Shown piece after piece: positions 1-12,387 of a stretch of 64,000 nucleotides of DNA (positions within the stretch are counted from its first letter, which is position 1; each line of letters opens with the position of its first letter). This stretch comes from Octopus bimaculoides. Lineage: Eukaryota. Location of the stretch: the NCBI RefSeq assembly GCF_001194135.2, contig NC_068998.1:6040305-6104304 (forward strand), read 5' to 3'. Below the pieces are notes generated by a model that did no database searches, was not told the origin of the DNA, and worked only from the letters and a program-made list of their open reading frames with translations. The position numbers and the translations under genes are program-made.

Positions 1-572
1 TCCAACCTAAGCATTGGAAAATGAACATTAAAATTGGGGTGGTGATGACTTTTTTAAAAACTAATACTGTAATGCCAATCTGTTCTGAATTGAATGGAGA
101 CCATTAGCTGAAATACTTTTATGGTACTTCAGTTTCTACAGTTTGGTAGTCACTTCAGACAAGAATGTGGTTAAATACACTAGTGCTAAATTAGGTTATT
201 TGGGCCAAGGAAGCCGAATTTGAATCTAATTTTGTATGGACGTTTGTCTTAGTTATCCTAATCTTTACATGGCTGTATACTAAACCAGCTCTGCTTCGTA
301 GAATGGCTGGTATGTTGCACTGAAAAGGTTAATTAAAAGTTTCTCCTGTACTTGAGAATAATGTTGCTGTTGTTGTTACTGTCATCATTATTATTGCTAC
401 TGAGCAGCTTCATTTAGAAACCCTTCAGTTTCTCCCCCACCCTTGTCCACCTTACATTGCTCTATATTTCTCTCTTGTTATTCTTTAATTCTGATTATTT
501 CCAAAGTTTTATATAAATGTTTCACATTGTATGACATCCTAAGGATATCTCTCTCTCTTCAGAAATAATAAT

Positions 573-589
573 AATAATAATAATAATAA

Positions 590-638
<49 letters not shown>

Positions 639-893
639 CATTACCATATTCCAATATCTTAATTGTGTATCTTCATGTCTAATTAAGAGTAATTATCATG
701 CTCGTTGTGAATTGTTAAATCAGTTACACACACACACACACACACACACACTCTTTCTCTCTCTTTGTCTTTCTCTCTCTTTGTCTTTCTCTCTCTTTGT
801 CTTTCTCTCTCTTTCTCTTTCTCTCTCTTTTTCTTTCTCTCTCTTTTTCTTTCTCTCTCTTTTTCTTTCTCTCTCTTTCTCTTTCTCTCTCTT
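573..893. repeat. Compound (AAT)n(AGT)n microsatellite, then (CA)n and a degenerate CT-rich tract running into a gap
   Basis: Read directly; gap 894-1188. Confidence 0.9.
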
Positions 894-1649
894 NNNNNNN
901 NNNNNNNNNNNNNNNNNNNNNNNNNNNNNNNNNNNNNNNNNNNNNNNNNNNNNNNNNNNNNNNNNNNNNNNNNNNNNNNNNNNNNNNNNNNNNNNNNNNN
1001 NNNNNNNNNNNNNNNNNNNNNNNNNNNNNNNNNNNNNNNNNNNNNNNNNNNNNNNNNNNNNNNNNNNNNNNNNNNNNNNNNNNNNNNNNNNNNNNNNNNN
1101 NNNNNNNNNNNNNNNNNNNNNNNNNNNNNNNNNNNNNNNNNNNNNNNNNNNNNNNNNNNNNNNNNNNNNNNNNNNNNNNNNNNNNNNNTCTCTCTCTCTC
1201 TCAAAATATTGCATTTTTAGTTTTCAACATTATTGCTGCTCTTTGATTAGAGGGTGGATATTTGTGTGAGGTTTCATATTCAGATTTAATTGAACGGGTC
1301 TATTTTAATTGAGTTCAAAGGTTTATCGGTAAGTTAGTAAAGTGTGTATTCACAGACTTACATTATAATTCTATTTTCATTTTATTCCAGGTGTGTGTGT
1401 GTGTGTGTGTGGGGGGAAGGGAACGGGAACAACAACAGATATTTAGCTTTAAAACTTACATAAAACAATTTTACAAATGGCAAGGTTACATGAAACATTT
1501 GATATGCTTTAGACATGTTCATACATACTAATGATTAGATCTTTACCAGTAGTTTGTTTATCATGATGACAGATCCATAAGGAAAACGAGATAATTAGGT
1601 CTTGTAACTTGTGTGTTTACTACTACTGCTACTACTACTACTTATTATT

Positions 1650-3165
1650 GTTATTCGTTAGCAGCATTTTGCCCATTGCTACATTCTGAGTTCAAATTCG
1701 TTTGAGGTTGACTTTGCCTTTCATCCTTTCAGGGTCGATGAGTTAAGTACCAATGAAACACTGGGGCCGATGTAATCAACTAGTCCCCTCTCCTCAAATT
1801 TCGAGCCTTGTGCCTTTAGTAGACAAGATTATTATTATTATTATTACCATTATTATTATAATTAAGGTGGTGAATTGTCAGTCATTAGCGCACTGAGCAA
1901 AATGCTTAGTGGAATTTCATCCCTCTTTATTTTTTCTGAGTGTAAATTCTGTCAAGGTTGATTTATCCTTTTCATCCTTTTGTGTTAAATAAGTACCAGT
2001 TGAGCACTGGGGGTCAATGTAATCAACTAGTCCCCCCCCCCAAGGACTTTATCATTAAGGGGGCAACCTGGTAGAGTCGTTAGCTTGCTTAGCAGCTTTC
2101 CATCTGTCTTCACATTCTGAGTTCAAATTCTGCCAAGGTTCTTTTTTGCTAAATAGAATAAGTACCAGTTGAACACTGGGGGTCGATGTAATCGACTTAA
2201 CCCCCCACTCCCCCAAATTTCAGGCCTTGTGCCTATATAGCCTAAAGGATTATTAACTTTACTGAAAGCCGTAAACTGGCAGAGTTGTTAGAGAGTTGGA
2301 CGAAAATGCATAGTGGCATTTCTTCTGGTTCTTCCCATTCTCAGTTTGAATCTTGCTGACGCTGACATTGCCTTTCATCCTTTCAGTGATAATGAAAATA
2401 AGAACCAGTTGAGCAATGGGGGTTGATGTAATAAACTAACGCCTCCCCTCAAAAGCTGCTGGCTTTGTGCCAGAATTTGAAGCCTTTATTATTATTATTA
2501 TTATTATTATACTTAGAGACTTTCATCCTTCTGGGGTCAGTAAAGGACCAGTCGTATATTGGGGTTGATGGTATCAAACCCCACCACCACCGCCCAAATT
2601 ACTAGCTCTGGGCTTAAATTTAGAAATTATCATTATTGAATGCGATGAGCAGGCAGACTTGGAGTGGCAGGAAAAGAGCACTTTCCAACATTTCTTCTGA
2701 CTCTTTACATTCCCAGTTCAAATCTCACCGAGGTCAGCATGACCTTTCCTCCTATTGTTGATAAAATACCATGATAGTCACAAAGTCAGTGCAATCAATT
2801 CCCACGAATTGCTGGCCTTGTGTCTAAATTGAAATGGATTGTGATATTCCTTCTGGTCTTCATGTTCTGAATTGAAATTGGTTGCCATGGTCAACTTTGC
2901 TTTTCTTTCATCCTTCCAGGGCCTTCATCCTATATTAGAAATGAGCTGGCAAAGCCACTCCCATGCCAGACAAAATGCCTAACAACATTTCTTTCATTTT
3001 TACATTCTGAGTTCAAATTCTGTCATGGTTGACTTTGCTTTTCATCCTTTCTGGGTTGATAAAATAAGTACCAGTTGAGAACAGGGGTCAAGGTAATCAA
3101 CTAACCCACTTCTTTACAATTTCAGGCCTTGTGCATATGGTAGCTGTAGTAGAAAGGATTATTAT
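1650..3165 (+). mobile_element. Stack of about 8 head-to-tail tRNA-headed SINE copies (family A, (ATT)n tail)
   Basis: Recurring modules gagctggcagaa / ttctgagttcaaattc (B-box-like) / gactttgcctttcatccttt / aagtaccagttgagcactggggtcgatgtaatc / ggccttgtgcc / gattattatt, starting near 1656, 1863, 2055, 2262, 2517, 2637, 2845 and 2940. Confidence 0.9.
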
Positions 3166-3674
3166 GGAAGGCATTTGATTAGCATAATCTAACTTGGGTA
3201 CATGGCTATAAGTACAGGAAAGGAAGCAATTGATTCAAGTGATTCCTTTCGGTGACTTGTACTGTGTTGCCCTTGGAATGGTGAAAGGCAAAGATGACCT
3301 CAGCAAAAAGAGACAATAACTACTGTTGTATGACATTTTCTCTGTTAGTTCTATAGTCAAAGTACTAAGTGTCAGCATGTTCTGTTTAATAGTTTATAAT
3401 TAATACTGTTCACTAATGAGTAATTAGGTCAATTGAGTTTAAAGAAGTGAGAAAGAATGGAAGGTAAGGAAAAGGCTGTTGTAATAAAATGCCTCTTGTA
3501 GGTTATTATCGAAGATAGATGTGGGAAGGGAGATGATTAAACTCAGGGACTTGACTCGGAGTCGGCAACTCAATCCACCAAAATGTTTTTTTGTCCTTTT
3601 GGTGCCTTCCTCAACTGCCAGATAAATATCTTTACCTCTGTCTAATACAGTGGCATAATATCATTGAATAGTTC

Positions 3675-3707
3675 CGCGCGCGCGCACGCGCGCACGCGCA
3701 CGCACAC

Positions 3708-3792
<85 letters not shown>
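3675..3792. repeat. (CG)n/(CA)n alternating purine-pyrimidine tract
   Basis: 118 bp of uninterrupted alternation, CG-rich at the 5' end. Confidence 0.95.
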
Positions 3793-3794
<2 letters not shown>

Positions 3795-5987
3795 GTTTGT
3801 GTGTGTATATATTGAGGAACTTAAATGCATGCCACTTGAGGGAAGTTAGATAACATGATCATGATGATATTCCAGATTGAAATTATCTCATTAAATACTA
3901 TTTAATGTTTCTTTAATGGATGGATTCAAAAATTGTTCTCCACCTCCTCTCCCACTTTTCTCCTCGCTTTCTCCCTCTCTTTCACTTTGTCTGTTGTTCT
4001 TTCTACTCTCCCCCCTCTCTCTTTCCATCTTTTCTCAACCAACTCATTCACTTCTACCTTTCTTCTCTCTTCTTCTCTCCAGTAATTCATAATTCAAAGA
4101 GACATTTTTACATTTTTTTCTTTATTTTTATTTTTTAAATAATTATATAAAATTAATTTATGTAATTTAAGTACATTTAATAATTTTCTATTTTGATAGG
4201 ACATATTGTTTTCACCCCCCCCNNNNNNNNNNNNNNNNNNNNNNNNNNNNNNNNNNNNNNNNNNNNNNNNNNNNNNNNNNNNNNNNNNNNNNNNNNNNNN
4301 NNNNNNNNNNNNNNNNNNNNNNNNNNNNNNNNNNNNNNNNNNNNNNNNNNNNNNNNNNNNNNNNNNNNNNNNNNNNNNNNNNNNNNNNNNNNNNNNNNNN
4401 NNTAAACTTTGTTCATGAAATGACTGAACAGACATTGTCTCATTCATCTTCCATTTAGACATTCTTTGCACAGTTCAAAATAATCCAACTTTCTGCTTTG
4501 AAAAGTCTCTCATGTTCTAAATCTAAGCCATGATAATTCTCGTGTCTTGTGATTTAATCAAATATTTGTTTCAATTGTGTGAATTGGGCAGGAACCAGAT
4601 CAATGAGAAAATATTTGTGAGCTTGTGGTAACTAGTAAGGGTGAGGTACATCAGGAATGTTGGTATGTCTTGGGGGTGGAATAGGGGTGGAACACATCAC
4701 TGAATATAACCCATGGCTGAGATGTCCTCAGAGTTTAAATATTCAGCCTCATGGAAATGGAATGGTCTAAAGAAGACGAAAATGTTTTGTTTGTCCCAAC
4801 CATATCCATATCAGCCTTGACTTAGCAAACTAATGTGACCATCTACCCCACGTTTTTTTTTTTTAATGACACTATATCAGATTCAGCAGGATATAGTCCG
4901 TCACCTGCAGCTGTTCGGCTTGGGCAGACTTCAGGTTGGCCAGCCCTGTGGTACACCAACCTAGAGTTCTGTCCATCTGAACTTCAAATTCTCTACTTCT
5001 ATCCAGCTGATACTCTTTAATTCCTCCTCTCCCTGTTGTTTTCTGCCTCACAACAGAGAACAGCCTTAAGTTAGCTCCCTTATAAATCTCCAGTGACTTC
5101 ATTTGTACTAATTAGTAAACTCAGGAAAGGTTCAGGCATGTTATTAACAGGATTCATTTCCATTATTACTCCAGGTGTTATTAAGGAATACTTCTCTCCT
5201 GTCTTCAATTATTTCTCTTACCCACCTTCCGTACTTTCTTCTCCCTTTTCTCTCATTTTCTCCATTCTCTCTCTCTCTTTTCTCTTAGTACAATCTTTCT
5301 ACTTGTTTTTGTTTTTTATTTCAAATCTGTGTGTGTGTGTGTGTGTGTGTNNNNNNNNNNNNNNNNNNNNNNNNNNNNNNNNNNNNNNNNNNNNNNNNNN
5401 NNNNNNNNNNNNNNNNNNNNNNNNNNNNNNNNNNNNNNNNNNNNNNNNNNNNNNNNNNNNNNNNNNNNNNNNNNNNNNNNNNNNNNNNNNNNNNNNNNNN
5501 NNNNNNNNNNNNNNNNNNNNNNNNNNNNNNNNNNNNNNNNNNNNNNNNNNNNNNNNNNNNNNNNNNNNNNNNNNNNNNNNNNNNNNNNNNNNNNNNNNNN
5601 NNNNNNNNNNNNNNNNNNNNNNNNNNNNNNNNCCTCTTATTTCTTTTGAAATGCTTCACCTGAATAATTTGTAACGATTTATTGAAATTAATATTTTATT
5701 AAAAATATTTCAGTTATTACAGTTTCATTTTATTATTTTCAGAAAGAGAAAAAAAATAAGGGAAATTTAAAAAAAAATAATTATAATAATATTTACTTTT
5801 TTTTTTAAAGCATTTATTCACATTTTTCTTTTGTTTAATGTTTAAAACCTGTAAATTGTTGTACAATAATACCTGTAATTTTTGAAGGAATTCTGTTTAA
5901 ATAAAATTTTTTAAAAACTTGTCTACAATCAACAAAAAAACTGTATGTTTTATACTTATTTCTAAGTTTTTATTTTCTTTTGTTTAG

Positions 5988-6141
5988 TGTCATTACAAGA
6001 TATACATCTTCGCAAACCTTACCGAAGCAATATTGCCCCTGATCAACAAGTTGTTTCAAGTTCAACCATGCCAAATGCTATGCGGATCACTTACCACCAG
6101 TGTGACAGGGCTCCAGCTTTGGAAAAACTAGACAGATTTCG
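5988..6141 (+). CDS. WASF: WAVE/SCAR family gene, internal coding exon (WAVE-homology domain, C-terminal part); earlier exons lie upstream of the window
   Basis: Acceptor tttcttttgtttAG ends 5987; donor GTacga starts 6142; phase 1 in, phase 2 out. Translates (V)SLQDIHLRKPYRSNIAPDQQVVSSSTMPNAMRITYHQCDRAPALEKLDRF(R), matching the WAVE pattern SLQDI..RK.F.S....DQQ......P......Y..CD.PP.L..L..YR. Confidence 0.95.
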
Positions 6142-6199
6142 GTACGAACCATTCCAGTCTTTTCTCTTTTTTTTTTTTTTTTATATGCTTTATTTGGGC

Positions 6200-6545
6200 A
6201 GACGTGGTTGCACGACACCTTGAGCAAGTGTCTTTATTATAGCTCCAGGCTAACCAAAGGCTTGTATGTGGACTCAGTAGATAGAAACTGAGAGAATCTC
6301 CTCATGTGTGATTGTCTCCTTACCTTGGATATCTCAGTTGATATAAACAAGCATCAATGTCATATAGTCAATGTCATTCATTTCCAATGTTCCATGAAAA
6401 CATGTGCAGTCAAGGGAAAATATTACAATGCTTGGAAACGTGTAGGGGTTGCTGACAGGAAGGGCATCCAGCTATTGAAAATTTACCTCAACAAATTCTA
6501 TCCAACCTATGCTGGCATGGTAAAGTGGATATTATAATGGTGATT
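6200..6545 (+). mobile_element. CORE-type tRNA SINE with tail type 2 (OR-like octopus SINE)
   Basis: CORE-like caccttgagcaagtgtctt, then gaaactgagagaa, then tail acaggaagggcatccagc...ctatgctggcatggtaaagtggat. Confidence 0.75.
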
Positions 6546-7565
6546 GATTGCAACAAATGCAATATTCTCAGAGTTGGTTGTTCTTAGTATCTGAAGTTAT
6601 GATTAGCTCATCAGTTGGGTAGCAGTCGTAAAGCACTGGTGAGGGCATGCCTTCATCAATAATTTTAAAAGTGTAAAAGTATAGTTTTTTTTTTTTTTTT
6701 TTTTAAATTTTAAATTTTAAATCCATGTATAACAGATTTTATTAGATGGCAAAGCAGATTAGATTGGGTTGGCTATTTTGCTTGAAGGATTTGAATGCAT
6801 TTAATCTACATTTCTTGCTTTGACATTGAACTAGGATTAAACTAATTCAAGAATATGCCTCTTTACCATTTAGCTTGTATCTCTAAAACACCATTATTAA
6901 TCGTTTTTCAAAATTAAAAATAACATACTTAAAATGTGAAATTTTTGTCCCCCCCCCATCTCCGTTTGTGCATCATAATTCTTCGAAAATAGAAATAATC
7001 TACTCCTTCATTTTATCTGGAGAAATATAGCAGCCTATAGAAACTTGGCAATTAATTCTGCTGGTTCTTTCTCTCTCTTTTTTTTTTTAAATTAAATTAA
7101 TTTTTATTTTTTATTTATTATAGTTCAATCAGGCAGTTAATTAGAATTGACACTTTGGGAGGATGGCTGATCTTTGCTGCAGAACTTTCTGCATTATAAC
7201 AATCTAAGGGATTGGCTTTTAATGTTGGTAAACTTCAAGGGAAGAAAAAAAAAAAAGAAAAGAAAAAAACAAAACAAAACAAAAATATTGCGTTTAGGTT
7301 TGCTGAGAAAGTTTTTGAGTAAATGAAGCTGGTTAATGTATGCTGCAACAGTAGGATGCGATATTGAAAGAGATGGGATAAGAATGAAGGCTACCATTCC
7401 TGTGTCAGTAAGGAGTGGTTAGTGTCTTTTTCGATCATTTAACTTTGGTGATGGGGTCAAAAAATAATACTTCAGATTTTAGTTGAAATTCATGCAGCTT
7501 TGGAAGTCTGTATGAGTAGACATTGCCTAAATGTCTGTGTGATTTAGTGTCATGTCACCCCTTAA

Positions 7566-8411
7566 CCTGCTAACATTCGGATTGTTCTGATAAATAGAAT
7601 ACTTATTTATTCGCATTGTTTTGAATGAATCGTGTATTATCTCATAGCTTTGAGATTTCTGCTTTTCTGGCTCCTGTCTCGGCTATCATGTAACTAGCAT
7701 CATCGTTACTTTTTAAACTTACATCATATAGTCTACATTTTCCTTTGCTGACTCCACTTCATTTAAGTTCTGTTTTCTCATGCTAGTACATGATTGCATG
7801 GGAAGTTGAGACAGATCTTGTAACTGGATGCTCTTCCAGTCACCAACTCTTACCCGTTTTCATGTAAGGGGATTTTTGTATTCCAGAGGTCTTCAAAAGC
7901 ATAGAGCGACTGGTCATGATGTCAACAAGGACAAGTACTGAGAATCAGCATATGCATAAACGGTTGGAGGCAGCTGGGAGGAAGGAGATGGGCTTTGTGC
8001 AGTTTCTGTGTCCCAAATTCATTTACGAGATATTAGTTGACCTAGGGCTATAGTAGAAGACATCCAAGTTGCCATATAATGGGGCTGAATCCAAAACCAT
8101 GTAGTAGTTGCAAAACAATTTTCTTGAACACCCAACCACATCTGCAACTTAAAAGATTTTAAAAGGGGTTGAATGTCTGATTGTCCCTCCACCATCGCTT
8201 GACAACCAATGCTGTTGTGTTTACATCCCCATAACGTAGCAGTTTGGCAAAAGAGACCGATAGGATAAGTACTAGGCTTACAAAGAATAAGTCTCGGAGT
8301 CAATTTGTTCAACTAAAGGCATGCTCCTGTACGGCAGCAGTCAGGTGACTGAAATAAGTAAAAGAGTAAATAAGCATTACAATCCTACAAAATATTTTAA
8401 ATGCTAAAGGG
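7566..8411 (+). mobile_element. piggyBac-type MITE ends separated by inserted SINEs
   Basis: TTAA|cctgctaacattc left end with about 95 bp matching the 21570 MITE; aatgctaaaggg|TTAA right end. CORE-SINE pieces lie between (about 7780-8150 minus, about 8180-8375 plus). Confidence 0.6.
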
Positions 8412-9149
8412 TTAACTGCTCTGAGCAGCCCTAAGCACCACCATAAGATCTCTGTCCTTTCCACTCTATGCATACACAAAACAGCAACAGTACCAATAAC
8501 CTCTTTGACCCTCTGCTGGTCTAGACATGTAGCATTTTTTTCCTTTTCTAGCTTGGCGATTTTGGTATAACTGGAACAATGGATTTGCTTATAGCACAGA
8601 ATCAGTCAGATGGTAACCTGCATGCCATAGGTCTGTTCCATTTAAGCTCACCTGGAATTACACAACAGAAACTAGTTGGCCTACTTTCTTTTGTTGATTT
8701 CCCCAAGAAAGCCAGTGACACTGGTGTTTTCGTTGAGTCTCCTCTCTGATATACTACTATTGTTAATGTAGTAAGATTAGTAGAGCACCAAACTAACTAT
8801 TTTTGCACTACTGGGTTACATTGTATTGCGTTCAATGTAAAAATCATCTAAGTACTGGAGCTGATTAGATCAACTATATCTCTTCTCTCAACCATGACCA
8901 TGTGCTTCTGTCAGAAGCATCACCATTACTACCACCATCATTGTTTATGTCTCTTTTTCCCTCACTGGGTCACTGCCCTGAAGGTTTTACTCAAGCAAAT
9001 TGGCCCCAGTTTGATGTTGGTCCCTTTGGCCAATATTGCTGAGTTTCAGAGTTGTAAACAAAGACTGCTTGTCAAACAGAAGAAGGAACATATACAAAGA
9101 CACACGCCCACGCATTTTCATGTACAAAATACAGGGTGGGCTTCCTTAC

Positions 9150-9285
9150 AGTTTCCACATACCAAATTCACAAGTCATTGGTTGATCTGAGGCTGTAGTG
9201 GACTCTTACCCAAGGTGCCATATGATGGAACTGAACCTGGAACCACCTGGTTACAATGTGAACTTCTTAACCACACAGCTATGCC

Positions 9286-9290
<5 letters not shown>
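9150..9290 (-). mobile_element. CORE-SINE 5' portion
   Basis: Reverse complement gives ggcatagctgtgtggttaagaagttcac...ggcaccttgggtaagagtcc, the same head as 48286. Confidence 0.8.
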
Positions 9291-9338
<48 letters not shown>

Positions 9339-9768
9339 CCCTTTGGTGCTGCATATATATTTATCTTATTATTCATTTCATCTTAAAATTAAAAATTTTC
9401 GGATTTGGTTAATGCAAGTTTAATCGGGTGACTGTTATATTTATTGACAATATTCTAAATATATTTGCAATTCAAAATAGTCATCCTTTGCTTTCACTTT
9501 AGTCTTTAATCTTTTCTCAACTGAAGTGCATGACATACGTTTAAATGATGGGCAATTGTATATACCCACACTTCACTAGAAGACAGCTGCGGTATTTGCT
9601 CTAGCTTTTTAGAGGTCAACTTTGCCTTTGTTAAAGTAACAACCAACTGGAGTCAGTTCAGTCAGCTAACCCTAGTCTCTCTCTCCCTTGAAAAATTTAT
9701 ACCTTGTGTTTTAAAAACCTAAATTAGAAGGTAATATTACAAAATGATCTCTTTCTTGTTTTTTCCAG

Positions 9769-9892
9769 GGAGGATGGAAAAGATAGTATCAAATTTTATA
9801 CAGATTCTCATTTCTTTGTTGATTTCTGGTATGCTGAGATGCAAAAGGATATTGAACAGAAAAAGACAGAAATTAAAGCAAGAAAAAAGAGA
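9769..9892 (+). CDS. WASF: WAVE/SCAR gene, exon encoding meander end and basic region
   Basis: Acceptor ctttcttgttttttccAG ends 9768; donor GTAAGT at 9893. CG+G completes Arg across the phase 2 junction. Translates EDGKDSIKFYTDSHFFVDFWYAEMQKDIEQKKTEIKARKKR, matching WAVE DDGK..LKFYT.P.YFFDLW.E.M. Confidence 0.96.
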
Positions 9893-12387
9893 GTAAGTTC
9901 TAGTTTGAGTCAACTTTGCAAAACTTTGCTAACAAATAATAAGTTTGTCTTGTTTTTTCTCTTTTTTGTTTTCAGTATATTTTTACCATTTTCTTTTTCA
10001 TTTAAAGAGGAACATATATTTGTGATTTGCTCTGTACATTAGTCTTATAAATGTGTTAGGTGGGTGTATAGTTAATGGAAACCAAAAAAAAAAAAAACCC
10101 TTATAAATCTTCGGAAAGAACCGGAATATGAAGAATGCTAATTTGAAACACGCTAGTATTTTGCGGCAGTTTACATGCACATGCATGCACACCAATCTTC
10201 ACATGCATCTGTGTACTTTTTACTGAGACAATTTGCACATCTATTTTGTTGCCAACAATTTAGTCTTTCTAGTATTTTTTTGAATTAAATTGTGTTTAGC
10301 AACTTCATTATCCCTGACAAATTTTCATTGGGTTTTGAAACCATGTCTATCTTATTCCGTGTTACCCTGATGGTTTTCTTTCAACAAAATCCTTTATTGC
10401 TGTTTTAAGTATTGTGAAGGGTGTGGTTCACTGATGAGATCAGAATAAGACTACAACTTGTCTGGTGTTATCTCCCATAGTTGCTGCAGAGAGATTTTAG
10501 TTAATATATTTTTTTCCTTTTGGTATCGTCATTTATTTCTATGCTTAAAGTGTTAACAGTAAACTTTTTGTCTTAATTTGAACAATTTTTCTCTTCTGTT
10601 CTTTGTCATTTATAGTAAAACAAAAAAAATTTTTAAAACTCTCCAAAACTATGCAATTTGGTGTTGAATATTTTTATACACATGTTCTGTGGTTCATTTT
10701 CATTTCCTTCATATATATATATATATATATACACATATATATATATATATCTGTGTGTGTGTGTGTGTGTGTGGTAAAAATGGAAGTGCTATAAACAGAT
10801 CAACACACTTCTCTTTGTTTCAGGCAGGTCGTATACTTGACTGCACAAAATCATGAATATGTTTCTGTTAATTTTGTTATGAACGATAGTGGATGATAAA
10901 ACTGTTACTTACTCTCATTCCTAACTCCATCTTGTGTTAGTACTTTATTAACTAAAGTGGGGTTGTACTACCTTATTATACCTGCTGTTAGTTGTCCAGC
11001 TGGAAGATTACTTTTCTTAGTCTAGTACAGCAAACTACCAACCTGTATGCTTTATAGTCAAAATTGTAAAGCTGAGTGTATGTATGGTGTGTGTGTGTGT
11101 GTGTACCTATGTGGTTCTTCCAAAAAATCCTTTAATGTGAAATTTCCTTATAGTTTTAACATTTCTTAGTATTTGTTCATATGTGAACTGAAATTTTAAT
11201 TTGCAATTTTAACATCACTAGTAAAATTACTGCAGTTATGTAACAAAGGCCAAATGCAGTAATCTTTCTTAATTCTTATTTTTTTATTTTCATTATAAGA
11301 ATTATTCTATTTTTTTTTTAATATAACTAAGAACAGATTTATCATCTTAAAATTGAATGAATTACTTCCCTTTGACATGAACTGCAGTTAGCAGTTTTAA
11401 GGCGAAAACTACTTTGTTAAATTAAGCTGCAAGAAAGCTCTCACTTGTAATGCGTCGAGCGAAAAAGGATTGGCCTAGCTTATTCCTTCTAAATACAGTT
11501 AAGGGGAAATCCGAGAGGGAAAGAGCTGTTATATCTTTAAATGTAAACTCCAAAAGCAGTGATACAAGATAACTATGAGTAATAAAAAATGAGAACTTGC
11601 ATTTTAAATCTGTCTCTTTCGTTAGGACTTGCCTTGTAAAACAATGCTGAAGATACCCATGCTTATACAGGTATATTTGTTCCTTGAAACGTATGTGCGT
11701 GCATCACACACATTCACACACACACACAGCAAATACAATCGATTGTATTTGAAAGAAAAGATCAGATGTTAGAAGTACAACGGAAGACTTTTCTCATGTA
11801 GACATGGGTAATATTGTATCGTTAAGATAGGATTCTAGGGGACACATGGAGAAGCCAGTTATCTATCTTCTACATGGTTGCTCTATTTGCTAGAAATAGC
11901 AGTTGTATCTCCTTGAAAACCGGTTATCAGAGTGCTAAGAAGCGACATTAGTTGCATCAATCTTTTACTTGCTGACTGCTTCTGCCTCATGGTTAAGTAT
12001 TTAGAATCGGGAAGGATTTTGTAGTATAAAGATATTTCTTTTTACATTATGAATGGAATTTTACTAAATTTTCTTTCAAAACGAACCAAAAAAAAAAAAT
12101 AATAGCCTCTACCACATGATAGCTATAAACGACATATGTAAAATTACTGTTTCACATATCTGCACATACATATATGTATGTGAGTGTGTGTGTGTGTGTG
12201 CGTATATAAATATATGCATGTAGATTCATGTACATACATGTATACTTCTATGTAAGTGTCAGTATTCATTGATGGTGAAATTTTCTGAGGTGACGGAGGT
12301 TTCGCAAATTCTATAAGTCCCAAAGTATGCTACATTTTACTGTAAAAGACATGAGATTAATGCCTGGCTAGTTCTGCACAGGCATCA

